From: Escherichia phage ph0021
Reading direction: 5' to 3' (one strand)
DNA: 64,000 nucleotides
Sequence record: OP557970.1
In this document: piece by piece, positions 10,183-20,112 of the stretch
How the letters are laid out: the number at the start of each line of letters is the position of its first letter
Numbering within the stretch: position 1 is the first letter of the stretch
Notes under the pieces: model-generated
The model's database searches: none
What the model was told of the DNA's origin: nothing
The model's input: the letters and a program-made list of their open reading frames with translations, nothing else
Made by a program: the position numbers and the translations under genes

Positions 10183-10640
10183 TAATATGCCTGCAAAACG
10201 AATTTAAAATTATCAGCCAACATACGGTTCATTTCTTCAAGTGTTTGATACTCAGAATGATGATTACGAGTAAACGCTAAAGCTAACTGTCCTTTTCCAA
10301 ATCCCGTCGTCAGAGGTTTCATCTTAGAAGCAGGCAGATAAAATACTGCGTATGGAACATTGTTATTTGCAATAGTACGTGCAAGCTGAGACCGACGTTG
10401 ACGAATATGACTTAGAACTGCACTGAATCCTTGCTTAGAACGCTGATTACCTACATAAAATCGTGCAGACACGCATGGATTACTAAATGGACGACCATCT
10501 AATTTACTCACTAAAAAGTAAAATCCAGGTTTAGATAAAAAGTCTTTATGCGGAGTTCCCAAAAACCATTCACCGTTCTTGATTGTACCAATAACGGTAG
10601 CGCCAGCATTATTCAGATCAGTAGCAGTCATATATTTCAT
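10182..10640 (-). CDS. ndd: nucleoid disruption protein Ndd
   Basis: Track ORF is N-extended; real start at the ATG giving [13 protein letters not shown]... with SD GAGG; about 152 aa. Confidence 0.8.
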
Positions 10641-10700
10641 ATTAATTTCCTCTAAATTATTTTCTACTCCAAGGCCGCATGAATACACGCGGCCATTAAA

Positions 10701-10916
10701 TTAATCGTCGCAGTCGACGCTCAATTCCCAAAACTCTTCTACGGTATAAGTTTCAGTATCATTTTCAATACAGAAACGTTCATTACTATTATTTGCTAAA
10801 GTAGCGTTAACTGTCATTTTCTCGCTGGTGCTCTTAAGAGGTGAAATACGAATTAACTGATCACCACTATCCAAGCAAAAAATTTCACCAACTTTTACAT
10901 CTTTAAAGATTTTCAT
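10701..10916 (-). CDS. hypothetical protein (ndd.1 position)
   Basis: 71 aa ORF. Confidence 0.5.
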   Translation of the reverse strand: MKIFKDVKVGEIFCLDSGDQLIRISPLKSTSEKMTVNATLANNSNERFCIENDTETYTVEEFWELSVDCDD

Positions 10917-11031
10917 AATTCACCTCAAGGAGTATAAAATCCAAATGCAGTTGTTGACCATCCCATCCAATATGGAAAATTTGCGCCAATGTAAAACATA
11001 AGAATATAAAACCAACCACTCAGCAAATTCA

Positions 11032-11250
11032 TCATTTTACACCATTCCAAATTGTTTCAACCACGGATTTTAAACCATTTTGATGAATATCCATTCCGAC
11101 TACCGTCATCAAATAAATTCCAACTACAACTGAACCTAAGGCAAAAATCAGCATGAAAATGAATAAAGCCGGAAAAATATTATCGAAAAACCATTCAATA
11201 AATGTAAAAGCACTGCGTTTACGCTTCATATTTTCCTCACATAAATCCAA
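11032..11250 (-). CDS. hypothetical small membrane protein
   Basis: 72 aa, two hydrophobic segments. Confidence 0.45.
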   Translation of the reverse strand: MDLCEENMKRKRSAFTFIEWFFDNIFPALFIFMLIFALGSVVVGIYLMTVVGMDIHQNGLKSVVETIWNGVK

Positions 11251-11350
11251 AGTAAACGTTTAATACATCAATCATTAAAACGATTGGGAATATACTCAAA
11301 ACTATTAGTATTATAACTACATTCCATATAGCTTTAACAATCTTTTTCAT
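11237..11350 (-). CDS. hypothetical small membrane protein (37 aa)
   Basis: Track ORF is N-extended across the promoter; real start at the ATG after GGAGG leader (MKKIVKAIWNVVIIL...). Confidence 0.4.
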   Translation of the reverse strand: MKKIVKAIWNVVIILIVLSIFPIVLMIDVLNVYFGFM

Positions 11351-11377
11351 TTTCTGTTCCTCCGTAGTTGATAGGGT

Positions 11378-11408
11378 AATAGTACCACGGAAGAACAGTC
11401 TTGTAAAC
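11378..11408 (-). promoter_or_regulatory. T4 early-type promoter
   Basis: GTTTAC-18nt-TACTAT, conserved leader CAACTACGGAGG. Confidence 0.65.
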
Positions 11409-11593
11409 AACTTTTTTAAAAATATTCGTAATAAATGTGAATACCAATCACTACTGCCGAAACTTGTGCAACCCACCATGCACACGCAATAAGTACAGAA
11501 TTCAAAATTTTCATAATAACCTCATCACAAAAGTAAATGTTAAACAAATTACTGGAATACTAATTAACCAAACAAAACACCAACATAATGAAC

Positions 11594-11857
11594 TCATAGT
11601 TCAATCTCAACGATTTCCAAGTGTTTTTGTTTTATTGCCTTTTTAACACAATCATGGACTAAATATGACCATGAATCATTATATTCTCCATTAACTAATC
11701 GTTGGAGATCTTCACGTGATGATAAGTAAGGTTGATCTGATTCCCATTTTGATAAAAATACTGCAGTAAAAATATCTCCTTCATCTGTAGTTGAAGTCGT
11801 AAATGCAATAAATTCACCGGTAATTTTATGTTTAGCGTAATAAAATTTAAATTTCAT
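11594..11857 (-). CDS. hypothetical protein (88 aa)
   Basis: Real start MKFKFYYAKHK after GGAGG leader; track ORF N-extended into promoter. Confidence 0.5.
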   Translation of the reverse strand: MKFKFYYAKHKITGEFIAFTTSTTDEGDIFTAVFLSKWESDQPYLSSREDLQRLVNGEYNDSWSYLVHDCVKKAIKQKHLEIVEIEL

Positions 11858-11884
11858 TTTTACTCCTCCGTAGCTGATAGTTGT

Positions 11885-11914
11885 ATAGTACCACGGTCCT
11901 TGTGGTATGTAAAC
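11885..11914 (-). promoter_or_regulatory. T4 early-type promoter
   Basis: GTTTAC-18nt-TACTAT, AT-rich UP region, conserved leader. Confidence 0.65.
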
Positions 11915-11931
11915 TGTTTTGTGAAAATTTT

Positions 11932-12489
11932 TTAAATGGAAAGATACCATCCATTGTAGTTGCTTTTTCTTACAACCTTACGAAGGTCTTCTCTGTCACC
12001 GATGAACTTCGGAGTGTACTGGATGACACCTGGATGAATTTCTTTAGTGTTGAATATAATTATACAGTCAGCGACTTGATGATTTAGAATGGGCCCTAGA
12101 TTTATTCCAGAACCGTATGGATACTCTCCGCTGCATCCTGTTGTTACAGAAATCCAACGTGAGCCAGTTTGATGTGTCTTAACTTCTACACGAAGCCCAC
12201 AGTATTTTGGATGTGCTAAAACATCCCACGCGTATGTATATGGATCATCGACATCTTCTTGACCTTTATTAACATACCCGCTTAGCCAATCTGCTACAAA
12301 AAACTCTGCGTATACAGCAATACGACATCTTTCAATAACTTCTGCTTTATCCTGGTTCGGGTTTTGTTTTAAAGAGTATCTTGCAGTATCAGCAATTTTG
12401 ACCTTCATTTCACTAGTCAAGTCACTGTTCGATAGGGTAAATGTCGGAATCTGAAATAGTCTCTGTAAACCCGGATTCGTTTTCTGCAT
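11932..12489 (-). CDS. denB: endonuclease IV DenB
   Basis: 185 aa ORF at T4 denB position between rIIB and ndd; length matches. Confidence 0.65.
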   Translation of the reverse strand: MQKTNPGLQRLFQIPTFTLSNSDLTSEMKVKIADTARYSLKQNPNQDKAEVIERCRIAVYAEFFVADWLSGYVNKGQEDVDDPYTYAWDVLAHPKYCGLRVEVKTHQTGSRWISVTTGCSGEYPYGSGINLGPILNHQVADCIIIFNTKEIHPGVIQYTPKFIGDREDLRKVVRKSNYNGWYLSI

Positions 12490-12751
12490 TTAGACTTTCC
12501 TTTTTACCACTGAGATAAGCGTTATATACTTTAAGAGTGCCGTAATAAATTCGGTCATTTTCATCTAAAGACTCGCGGTCAAGTTCATCAAGCTCCTTTT
12601 TATCCATGACTATAACATCATTACAGTAAAGAAACCCAAGTTTTTCGTGACCAAACTCAAATTTATTACAGTACACAATATTAGCGTGATGATTTCCGTG
12701 CAGTTTAATCTCTTTTATGTCGGAATCACCGATATTCATACAATAAATCAT
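12422..12751 (-). CDS. hypothetical protein
   Basis: 109 aa ORF preceded by hairpin and SD AAGGAAAAATT. Confidence 0.5.
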   Translation of the reverse strand: MIYCMNIGDSDIKEIKLHGNHHANIVYCNKFEFGHEKLGFLYCNDVIVMDKKELDELDRESLDENDRIYYGTLKVYNAYLSGKKESLNAENESGFTETISDSDIYPIEQ

Positions 12752-12771
12752 AATTTTTCCTTAAAACAAAA

Positions 12772-12783
12772 GGGCCGAAGCCC
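12772..12783 (-). terminator. GGGC-CGAA-GCCC hairpin (UUCG loop on minus-strand RNA)
   Basis: Perfect stem flanked by A/T runs; intergenic. Confidence 0.45.
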
Positions 12784-12789
12784 TTTATT

Positions 12790-12984
12790 TTACTTGAATT
12801 GTGCAATTCTTTTCTCTAGACATTCAGCATAAGATTTCATTGAGATGAACTGTGAAAGTAGCAGTTCTTGCTCAACTACACTAACTGTTAGAAACTTTGC
12901 GCTTTCTAAAAATTTACTCAGTGCATTAATTTTGAGCATTAATTGATCGTATTCTTCTTTTACTCGTGCTTGATAACCTAACAT
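12790..12984 (-). CDS. hypothetical protein
   Basis: 64 aa ORF between rIIB and denB. Confidence 0.5.
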   Translation of the reverse strand: MLGYQARVKEEYDQLMLKINALSKFLESAKFLTVSVVEQELLLSQFISMKSYAECLEKRIAQFK

Positions 12985-13000
12985 AATTTTCCTTAGTTAA

Positions 13001-13012
13001 GGGCCGAAGCCC
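13001..13012 (-). terminator. GGGC-CGAA-GCCC hairpin
   Basis: Identical hairpin core just downstream of rIIB stop. Confidence 0.45.
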
Positions 13013-13951
13013 TTATTTAAATTGTTCAGTAACGTCTTCAACTACTTCGTATTGGCAGGTACGCATTTTAGCGTCGTTATAATCAATCGGAATTGATACC
13101 ACATCGCGAGGATGCACTTTAACTTTTACGACTCGGCTGGTTGAACTGCCAAAGTGACGAATATAAGATTTAGAACACACATGCAGACCACGAGAACAAG
13201 TTTGTGTATCATCGTCATTCACACGAGTACGTGGCATTTTAACTACTTTACCCGGACTGTTATCAAAGGTATTTGAGTGACAGTCAAAGTAATTGCTGCG
13301 AACTACTTTCCAAGCATAGAAGTAGCCATCTTCTGTAATTTCAATATCGTTTGCTACCAAGAAATCAAAGAGTCGAGATACCGCTTTTTGGCTTGGGTTT
13401 TCCAGCAGATTTTCCAAGAACGGAAAATAAAATTCAAAGTTTTCGCCTTTTTCCATCGAGTCAAGAATACGATCAACCAAACCAGACCGCAATTCAATAT
13501 TTTGATAGAACAAGCTTCCACCTTCAATTCGAACATCGCCGGAAATATATTTTTCAACAGCGCGACGAACATTAATTTTTTGTGCTGCTTCTTCCAGCTT
13601 ATCCGCTACAAGCAGATTAAGAATTTCCTGGAAGTTTGAATGAGTATTAGGAGTTGCGTTATAAGTTACACCGTCAACAGTAATTGAAATGAATTTTTTA
13701 GATGCATTCCAAATAATGTCAGATTTAGCAACTGGAGCAATAACTGCATCGCTATTAACTTTAACTGTAATATCACCACTAATAGTAACTTTAGAGCGTT
13801 CTGCTTCTTCAGCATTTTTCAAAACACGACGGATTGTGTCAACCGATACACCTTGCCAATCAGCCAATTCCTGCTGGGTGTAATTACCACTTGAATACAG
13901 TTTAACAATTTCAGCTTGTTCGTTTTTGGTCAGGCATTTAATATTGTACAT
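13013..13951 (-). CDS. rIIB: rIIB protein
   Basis: 312 aa, length and position match T4 rIIB directly downstream of rIIA. Confidence 0.9.
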   Translation of the reverse strand: MYNIKCLTKNEQAEIVKLYSSGNYTQQELADWQGVSVDTIRRVLKNAEEAERSKVTISGDITVKVNSDAVIAPVAKSDIIWNASKKFISITVDGVTYNATPNTHSNFQEILNLLVADKLEEAAQKINVRRAVEKYISGDVRIEGGSLFYQNIELRSGLVDRILDSMEKGENFEFYFPFLENLLENPSQKAVSRLFDFLVANDIEITEDGYFYAWKVVRSNYFDCHSNTFDNSPGKVVKMPRTRVNDDDTQTCSRGLHVCSKSYIRHFGSSTSRVVKVKVHPRDVVSIPIDYNDAKMRTCQYEVVEDVTEQFK

Positions 13952-13962
13952 AATTTTCCTTA

Positions 13963-16140
13963 TTAGGCCGCAAGGGCCTTCATAGTTTTAGCGATTTGAG
14001 AAACTTCATCATCACTTAAAGAGTTGCGATAACCGATGAAGTCGGAAACAATACGGAATTTCTTGGTAAACTCAGCAACCATTTTATCACTGTTTTTTGA
14101 AGCATTATTTGACAATACATCAAAAAGATTAGTTACTGTCCAGATGTCATGACCAATGGTATCTTTTCCACCATTAAAATATACACCGCGCAATGAACTA
14201 ACTATATTAGCGAGTCGTGTATATTCTTCAGAAACTTCATCTGTACTGAAGTACTTCATCATAAAATCTAACTCAGGATACTTGATAATTTTATCAATAT
14301 ATCGTTGAGCTGAACTTGAATAACCTACGTACTTATCATAATCTACATCATCAAAAGCATCTACATATAAATCACGCAAAGCTTCAAAAATACACTGGCA
14401 CTGACCGAGTTCTTTTACCTTTTTCTGTAAAAGCGGACGAATAACATAAAATTCATTAATGCCAATAAGATTAGCCATACGAATCAAAATATTCATAGAT
14501 GGATGACAAAGAGATGTAGTACCATCCATAGAGAAAATATCAGAACGATGCATATACGCTACATAACCAGTAATTTCATCTGCTTCTGATGTGAGCGTAA
14601 ATAATTCCTCTTTTTCCCAGCGCCCGTCTTTAATTTCAAACTTAAATGCTGTAGCAGCTTTAGGACGAGGAGCTTTACTTTTAACTACCTTTGGAATATA
14701 GCTTTTAACTAAAGCTTCGATTTCTGACAAATAATGAATGTTAACTTCATCACTTTCAAACATCGCCATAATATCAGGGAGTAAATCAATCTGCGATTCT
14801 ACTTCTGGGTTAATAAACAGAAGGCGTTCGTTATGATGAATATTCAAAGTGTTATTAAATTCACTATCATCTAACGCTCGTGCTAATCCACGAACAATAT
14901 TAACACGATTTTTAATATTATCAATAACGATATTAATTTTTGTTGTATTAATACCAAACAGACGATAACTTGATGCAACGGCTGAAGTTTCATGACTTTG
15001 CTTAATGCGTTTCAGTCGAGGGTCAAGATTTACTTCATACACAACTCCTGCATTGCATAACTTACTATCAGGTTCAAACATGCTTTGCATCTTTTTATAT
15101 GACAGATTTTTAGTCGTGAATTTAACTGAATTACTAATCATATAATCTCGAGCAGAATACCCCATCTTCATCAATTCACGATATGTGTGACGAGGAGATG
15201 TGGATTCTTTAAATCGTTTTACATCTTCATTAAATGCTTTCTCACTGAGTTCTTTAACTCGTTCAATAATATTTTTACGAGTACGATCATCCAGTGAAAG
15301 AGCCTCGCGAGATGGAGCAATATCAAGTGAACCCATTGGAAACTTAATGTAATTCACTTCATTGCGAATGCTTAGCCAGTTACGGTCTCTAATAACACCA
15401 TCGATAGGATAAACAATACCGCCATAGATAGCATATAATCCACCACGATCAGGCCAGTATCTTTCTGGATTTACACCGTAATAGTCATCAAAATCCGGAA
15501 AATAATCAATTTCGCGGTCAAGACCATTAATGATAGCCAAATCTTTGAATGGTCGCATGATATAAGAAACTTCATAAGCAAAGTTTCTAAAGTCTTTTTC
15601 TTCAACTGGAACTACGATTTCAATACCAGTTTTATCATCTGGACCCATTTCTTTTACGAATGTAGGTTTAATCTGTGGACCATCACCATCCATGTAAGCT
15701 ACATAACCACGAATTTCGCCTTTATGATATGAAGTAATACTAAATGTATCAGTATAACTAAACGGAGATTTAGAACCTAAACCAAATCCACCAATGAAAT
15801 CGTTAGATTCAGCCTTAGATGAACTAAAGTATGAATTATACAACCCAGGAGAATTATCATCACCCTGAATATCAAAATCGCTCATACCTGGACCAAAATC
15901 ACGACAAACAAATCGCGGATCTAATCGTCCTGGAACTTGAATGATAAATTTTTCAGGATTTCCATTGAGAGCATGGGCATCAATCATATTGGTAATCAAT
16001 TCACGGACTACTGCGCGAATCTTGTTTGTATACAAATCAGATGACAGAATTTTAAATACTTTAGGAGATGCTGTGATGCTAAATGCTTTTGATTTAGAAC
16101 CATTGCCAAGAATTGTTTCTTTTTCAGTGGTGATAATCAT
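13963..16140 (-). CDS. rIIA: rIIA protein
   Basis: 725 aa, length matches T4 rIIA; N-terminal GHKL-ATPase-like region. Confidence 0.9.
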   Translation of the reverse strand: MIITTEKETILGNGSKSKAFSITASPKVFKILSSDLYTNKIRAVVRELITNMIDAHALNGNPEKFIIQVPGRLDPRFVCRDFGPGMSDFDIQGDDNSPGLYNSYFSSSKAESNDFIGGFGLGSKSPFSYTDTFSITSYHKGEIRGYVAYMDGDGPQIKPTFVKEMGPDDKTGIEIVVPVEEKDFRNFAYEVSYIMRPFKDLAIINGLDREIDYFPDFDDYYGVNPERYWPDRGGLYAIYGGIVYPIDGVIRDRNWLSIRNEVNYIKFPMGSLDIAPSREALSLDDRTRKNIIERVKELSEKAFNEDVKRFKESTSPRHTYRELMKMGYSARDYMISNSVKFTTKNLSYKKMQSMFEPDSKLCNAGVVYEVNLDPRLKRIKQSHETSAVASSYRLFGINTTKINIVIDNIKNRVNIVRGLARALDDSEFNNTLNIHHNERLLFINPEVESQIDLLPDIMAMFESDEVNIHYLSEIEALVKSYIPKVVKSKAPRPKAATAFKFEIKDGRWEKEELFTLTSEADEITGYVAYMHRSDIFSMDGTTSLCHPSMNILIRMANLIGINEFYVIRPLLQKKVKELGQCQCIFEALRDLYVDAFDDVDYDKYVGYSSSAQRYIDKIIKYPELDFMMKYFSTDEVSEEYTRLANIVSSLRGVYFNGGKDTIGHDIWTVTNLFDVLSNNASKNSDKMVAEFTKKFRIVSDFIGYRNSLSDDEVSQIAKTMKALAA

Positions 16141-16150
16141 AATTTCCTCA

Positions 16151-16354
16151 TTAATTCATATTGCGTTTAATAACTTCAGCGACTTCTAGTAGTTCATCTT
16201 TAGTTGCAGTGTCAGATTGAATTTTATCTCTAATATCCTTAAAGCGGTTTTTAAACTCTTCAGCTTCTCCCATATCGAAAAAGCGTTGAATGATTCTATA
16301 TTCTCGATGAACTGCTTTATCAAAAAGTTCTAAATTTACTTTATATGATTTCAT
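16151..16354 (-). CDS. hypothetical protein (rIIA.1 position)
   Basis: 67 aa ORF between 39 and rIIA. Confidence 0.5.
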   Translation of the reverse strand: MKSYKVNLELFDKAVHREYRIIQRFFDMGEAEEFKNRFKDIRDKIQSDTATKDELLEVAEVIKRNMN

Positions 16355-16379
16355 TTCAATATCCTCATTTGCCCAATTA

Positions 16380-16409
16380 ATTATACCACATCCTTGTGGT
16401 AAAGTAAAC
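16380..16409 (-). promoter_or_regulatory. T4 early-type promoter (GTTTAC / TATAAT)
   Basis: GTTTAC-18nt-TATAAT; spacer holds palindrome CCACAAGGATGTGG; overlaps 3' end of gene 39. Confidence 0.65.
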
Positions 16410-18229
16410 TACTGGCTCATCCATTCTTTACGAAGGTCAGCATTATCTCCCATGAGCATTTCAAAAAGCTCTTTCCAATTCTCAGGAAGTTTAACAACAT
16501 CATATACTGGGTTTTGAATCATCTCACGATATTCAGATTTTTCCAAAGAGCCAAGTCCTTTAATATAACGGATGCTATGTTTAGGTAGAGCATCTTTGGC
16601 ACTCTCATATTCAGCGACTGTATAAAACCATTCTTGTTTTTTACCAATTTGAGCGATGATTACAGGAGTTTTGACAAAACGAATTCGTCCTTGCTCAAAC
16701 AATTCTGGCCAATTACTAAAAAATCCGAGCAAAGAAGGATAAATGCTTCCTAGACCATCATGGTCGGCATCAGTCATAATAGCAATATTATGATAATTTA
16801 AGTTTTCAGCCTTTTCACCGAGAACTAATCCAGTGATTGCGCAAATATCAAATAGTTCTTTGTTTTTAAGCATATCTGCATAAGACATACCCCAACTGTT
16901 GAGAACTTTACCGCGCAATGGATAACCACCGTGAAGTTCTTTATCACGAACATCAATAAGATATCCGATAGCCGAATCACCCTCAGTTAAGAATAGTGTA
17001 GTGTCAGCATCTTTACCGCAAAGATTCGCTTTAATATGTTTATGAACCTTAGCTTTAGAAGCCTTTTTAGCTGCTTTAGTTTCTGCTGCTTTTTCTGCTG
17101 CCAATTTACGGGCCAAGGCAGCTTCAATAATCGGCATTAAAATTGCTTCATTATTTAGAATAGCGCGTGAAATCTTTTTAGCATCAAGTTGAATATGACT
17201 ACGAATTTCGCCAAATGGAGAAGTCAAACGCTCTTTAGTTTGAGAATCAAATCGCATGTTTTTCATATCACGGACAAACATAACGATAGTCAAACATTCT
17301 TTGACACGTGCTTTAGTCACATCAATTTTGAACTTACGTTTGATTTGCGGAATAAGGTCTTCACAAATATCATCCATAACACAGTCAATGTGATGGCCAC
17401 CATTCTTAGTGTGAATGTTATTGACGTATGTTAATTGACGAAAACCATCCGGTGAACGACCAACCGCAATAGAACAATTTTCTTGTTCTTGAACAATAGC
17501 ATGCTCATCATATTGGCGTGCATATTTCTTAAAATTGCCCTGAACCTTTTTACCATTAAAGGTAAATTGAATATCAGGATAAACTACTGCAAGTGTCTGG
17601 AGACGATCTAGTGTAATGTCAAGATAAACTTGAGATAGCTCATTAGTTTCAAATGACATAAAATCAGGAATGAAAGTAACACGTGTTCCTTTCCATTTTC
17701 CAGGAATATCTTCCCATGATTTATTTTCCATACCATTTGAACAACGAACTACAATATTATTTTGACCGTCGCCAGTTTCACCAACAAACATCACAGAAAA
17801 AATGTTTGTCAAACTAGAACCAACACCGTTCATACCGCCAGTGACGCGTTCTTTATCATCACCGAAGTTACCACCTGCTTTTGGAATAGTCCATGCAGCA
17901 ACAGGACCAGGAATTTCTTCACCGGTAGGTGTTTTGACCATCGCTTGTGGAATACCACGACCGTTATCTTCAACTGTTACTTGATTGTTTTTAATAGTAA
18001 CATTAATTTTATTCGCGAATTTAAACTTAGTACGAATACCTTCATCTACTGAGTTATCGATAATTTCATCAATAAGCTTAACAAGACCAGGTACATACTG
18101 AACACTTTCCCATTTACCAAACAGAAAGCGCTCATGCATTTCATTAGCAGAAGAGCCAATGTACATGCCACTACGCTTTTTGATATGTTCAATATCGCTC
18201 AGAATTTTAATTTCATTCTTAATCATCAC
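16409..18229 (-). CDS. 39: DNA topoisomerase II large subunit gp39 (GyrB-like), unsplit form
   Basis: 606 aa continuous ORF with GyrB ATPase/Toprim sequence; no gene 60 interruption. Confidence 0.9.
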   Translation of the reverse strand: MMIKNEIKILSDIEHIKKRSGMYIGSSANEMHERFLFGKWESVQYVPGLVKLIDEIIDNSVDEGIRTKFKFANKINVTIKNNQVTVEDNGRGIPQAMVKTPTGEEIPGPVAAWTIPKAGGNFGDDKERVTGGMNGVGSSLTNIFSVMFVGETGDGQNNIVVRCSNGMENKSWEDIPGKWKGTRVTFIPDFMSFETNELSQVYLDITLDRLQTLAVVYPDIQFTFNGKKVQGNFKKYARQYDEHAIVQEQENCSIAVGRSPDGFRQLTYVNNIHTKNGGHHIDCVMDDICEDLIPQIKRKFKIDVTKARVKECLTIVMFVRDMKNMRFDSQTKERLTSPFGEIRSHIQLDAKKISRAILNNEAILMPIIEAALARKLAAEKAAETKAAKKASKAKVHKHIKANLCGKDADTTLFLTEGDSAIGYLIDVRDKELHGGYPLRGKVLNSWGMSYADMLKNKELFDICAITGLVLGEKAENLNYHNIAIMTDADHDGLGSIYPSLLGFFSNWPELFEQGRIRFVKTPVIIAQIGKKQEWFYTVAEYESAKDALPKHSIRYIKGLGSLEKSEYREMIQNPVYDVVKLPENWKELFEMLMGDNADLRKEWMSQ

Positions 18230-18253
18230 TTATCCTCGTTTGGTTTCGGGAAT

Positions 18254-18283
18254 ATTATACTCCGGTAATCATAAAGCTAAAGG
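18254..18283 (-). promoter_or_regulatory. candidate middle-type promoter upstream of gene 39 (AGCTTTA box, 12 nt, TATAAT)
   Basis: Minus strand TTTAGCTTTATGATTACCGGAGTATAAT directly after terminator hairpin. Confidence 0.4.
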
Positions 18284-18294
18284 CCCGAAGGCCT
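18281..18294 (-). terminator. AGGCC-CGAA-GGCCT hairpin
   Basis: Perfect 5 bp stem immediately after stop of upstream ORF. Confidence 0.5.
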
Positions 18295-18295
18295 T

Positions 18296-18556
18296 TTATT
18301 TAAAACGAATAGTTGAATCCTTAAAGAACAGTCCAGAACATACTGTTCCTTCTACTTTCTGCCCAGTAGGTCCAATAGCACGAAATCCAGTATGTTGGAA
18401 ATCATTTTCAGAGCAACCGAACCAGTTATATCCAGTGATTTCAATATTAGTAAAACCGCTTGAAGACAAAACTTTGGTTGCATTATCAGCATCAGTACAT
18501 CCTACTAAAGACACTACTAATACTAATGCTGCAATAGAACGATTAATATATTTCAT
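18296..18556 (-). CDS. putative lipoprotein (39.1 position)
   Basis: 86 aa, signal peptide with lipobox LVGC. Confidence 0.55.
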   Translation of the reverse strand: MKYINRSIAALVLVVSLVGCTDADNATKVLSSSGFTNIEITGYNWFGCSENDFQHTGFRAIGPTGQKVEGTVCSGLFFKDSTIRFK

Positions 18557-18559
18557 AAT

Positions 18560-18736
18560 TACCCTTTAAGCAAGTCGTAAAATCCGCCATTCACATGCTT
18601 AGGAGCGGAAACTAACCGAATAGCAATCCGATGACAATCAGGACATACATCAGTATCCCTTTCAGAAATTTTCTTGATTTTTTCATATTCATGTCCGCAA
18701 TCTTCGGATTGGCATTTATAATCATACATTGGCATA
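18560..18736 (-). CDS. small zinc-ribbon protein (58 aa)
   Basis: CxxC...CxxC pattern (MPMYDYKCQSEDCGHEYE...CPDCH); read by hand. Confidence 0.45.
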
Positions 18737-18737
18737 A

Positions 18738-19157
18738 TTATTCCTTAAAGTGTGCTTTCAACATCTGATACAAGGACCATGCTTGTTCATTATTTTCAAT
18801 AATAACTTTCATGATCGGGAATTCTGTGAAATCTTCTATTTGTTCTTGCTCTTCCTGCTCTTGTTCTTCAGCTGCCTGATATGGATTTTCCACTTCATTA
18901 AAGAACTCAGCTTCGCTCGTTGAAAGCCAAATAAAATCTTCATCCAAAATATCTTTACCGGAGGATAACGCCAATCTTCCAGTAGATGTCACAATTTTAG
19001 TAGGACGACCAAGATGGTCAATATCTATAACTTTAAAAGGTTCCATACCTAAACGCCGCGCATAGATTCCGTTATCAGTATGGTCTTTAATAAAATTTTC
19101 TTGAGCTTGTTTATTTTTAAATTGATACCATTTATTAACTTCGAATTTAATAGCCAT
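18738..19157 (-). CDS. hypothetical protein (goF position)
   Basis: 139 aa, acidic EQEQEEQEQ tract. Confidence 0.5.
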   Translation of the reverse strand: MAIKFEVNKWYQFKNKQAQENFIKDHTDNGIYARRLGMEPFKVIDIDHLGRPTKIVTSTGRLALSSGKDILDEDFIWLSTSEAEFFNEVENPYQAAEEQEQEEQEQIEDFTEFPIMKVIIENNEQAWSLYQMLKAHFKE

Positions 19158-19375
19158 TAATAAATTTCCTTCCAGTAAGTTGTGCCATCTTCAGTAATTT
19201 CACGAAATACACCGTAAATTGGTTGTTTATCCCCAACCTTTTCATACACATAAACCGAAGTCAAGTGAGTAAACTTAGCAGTGTGTTCCTTTTGAACTAC
19301 TACCAAATCTGGATCGAATAATACATCTTCAAATTCATCATTAGTGCAATTCTGAACAATTTTACGTTTCATCAT
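19157..19375 (-). CDS. hypothetical protein (cef position)
   Basis: 72 aa ORF. Confidence 0.5.
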   Translation of the reverse strand: MMKRKIVQNCTNDEFEDVLFDPDLVVVQKEHTAKFTHLTSVYVYEKVGDKQPIYGVFREITEDGTTYWKEIY

Positions 19376-19473
19376 AATTTCCTCATTAATTGAACATTGG
19401 AGCGATGCGTTTCAGAAGAGTATCAGCGCACCTTTAACGAATTATCCATTTTATTCTTCAAGTTGTTTTCTGT

Positions 19474-19516
19474 ATCAGTAGTTGATATTGATATAGTACC
19501 ATAATCAACTACTGAT
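19474..19516 (-). promoter_or_regulatory. promoter-like -10/leader element flanked by 13 bp perfect inverted repeat
   Basis: ATCAGTAGTTGAT ... ATCAACTACTGAT arms around TACTAT; no GTTTAC -35. Confidence 0.4.
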
Positions 19517-19546
19517 GTATATAGTTTTATGAAAAAATTTTAAACT

Positions 19547-20038
19547 TTATGCATAGCGAGCTTTGCTGTAGTGTTTAATCCAACTTTCAGGAATGACTTT
19601 GTATGTTCCTAAAAATACCGCGTTGTATAACTTAACGCCATCTTCTACCCATTGATCAGTAATGTATGCACACATAGCGCGAGTACGCTGAGGAAGTGGT
19701 TGTCCACCTTCGGTAAATTCAAACTCATAAGGAGCAATGAACTTGATAGCTTGACCAAGTTTCCACTTAAAGTCTACACCTACATGCGAAGTATCAATCG
19801 TTTCAATTCCTTTAGCAGGAACAGCTTTCAAAAACGCAGGCTCAAGAAATTTCCATCGAACATAACCAAACTGGGGCTTAGACATTCCATCTTTAGCAAT
19901 GATACGTACTTTTACTTCAGAATCTTCATCTTTAACACCGTGTTTAAGCTGAATGCTTACAACTTCGACCAATTTTCCTGCTGCTTTAGAACGGGATTTA
20001 TCAGATACACGAGCAATTTCACCGATATTAATATTCAT
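19547..20038 (-). CDS. MotB-like protein
   Basis: 163 aa at T4 motB position; paralog of adjacent 182 aa ORF. Confidence 0.5.
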   Translation of the reverse strand: MNINIGEIARVSDKSRSKAAGKLVEVVSIQLKHGVKDEDSEVKVRIIAKDGMSKPQFGYVRWKFLEPAFLKAVPAKGIETIDTSHVGVDFKWKLGQAIKFIAPYEFEFTEGGQPLPQRTRAMCAYITDQWVEDGVKLYNAVFLGTYKVIPESWIKHYSKARYA

Positions 20039-20082
20039 AATTATCTCTCACTTGTTAAAAAGATTTTATACTCCACAGGACC

Positions 20083-20112
20083 ATTATACTCTGGTCCCAA
20101 GAGTTTGTAAAC
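20083..20112 (-). promoter_or_regulatory. T4 early-type promoter (GTTTAC / TATAAT)
   Basis: GTTTAC-18nt-TATAAT upstream of motB-like gene. Confidence 0.65.

Noticed and set aside
10182-10688. 168 aa version of Ndd from the ORF track (also N-extended tracks for gp62, gp44, gp55, pin and the 11237, 11594, 59560 ORFs)
   Set aside because: Extensions run upstream through promoters or leaders and start at non-ATG codons; internal ATGs with good SD give T4-length proteins
13277-13883. Plus-strand ORFs of 64-120 aa inside rIIB
   Set aside because: Antisense to a well-supported gene; no promoter or RBS
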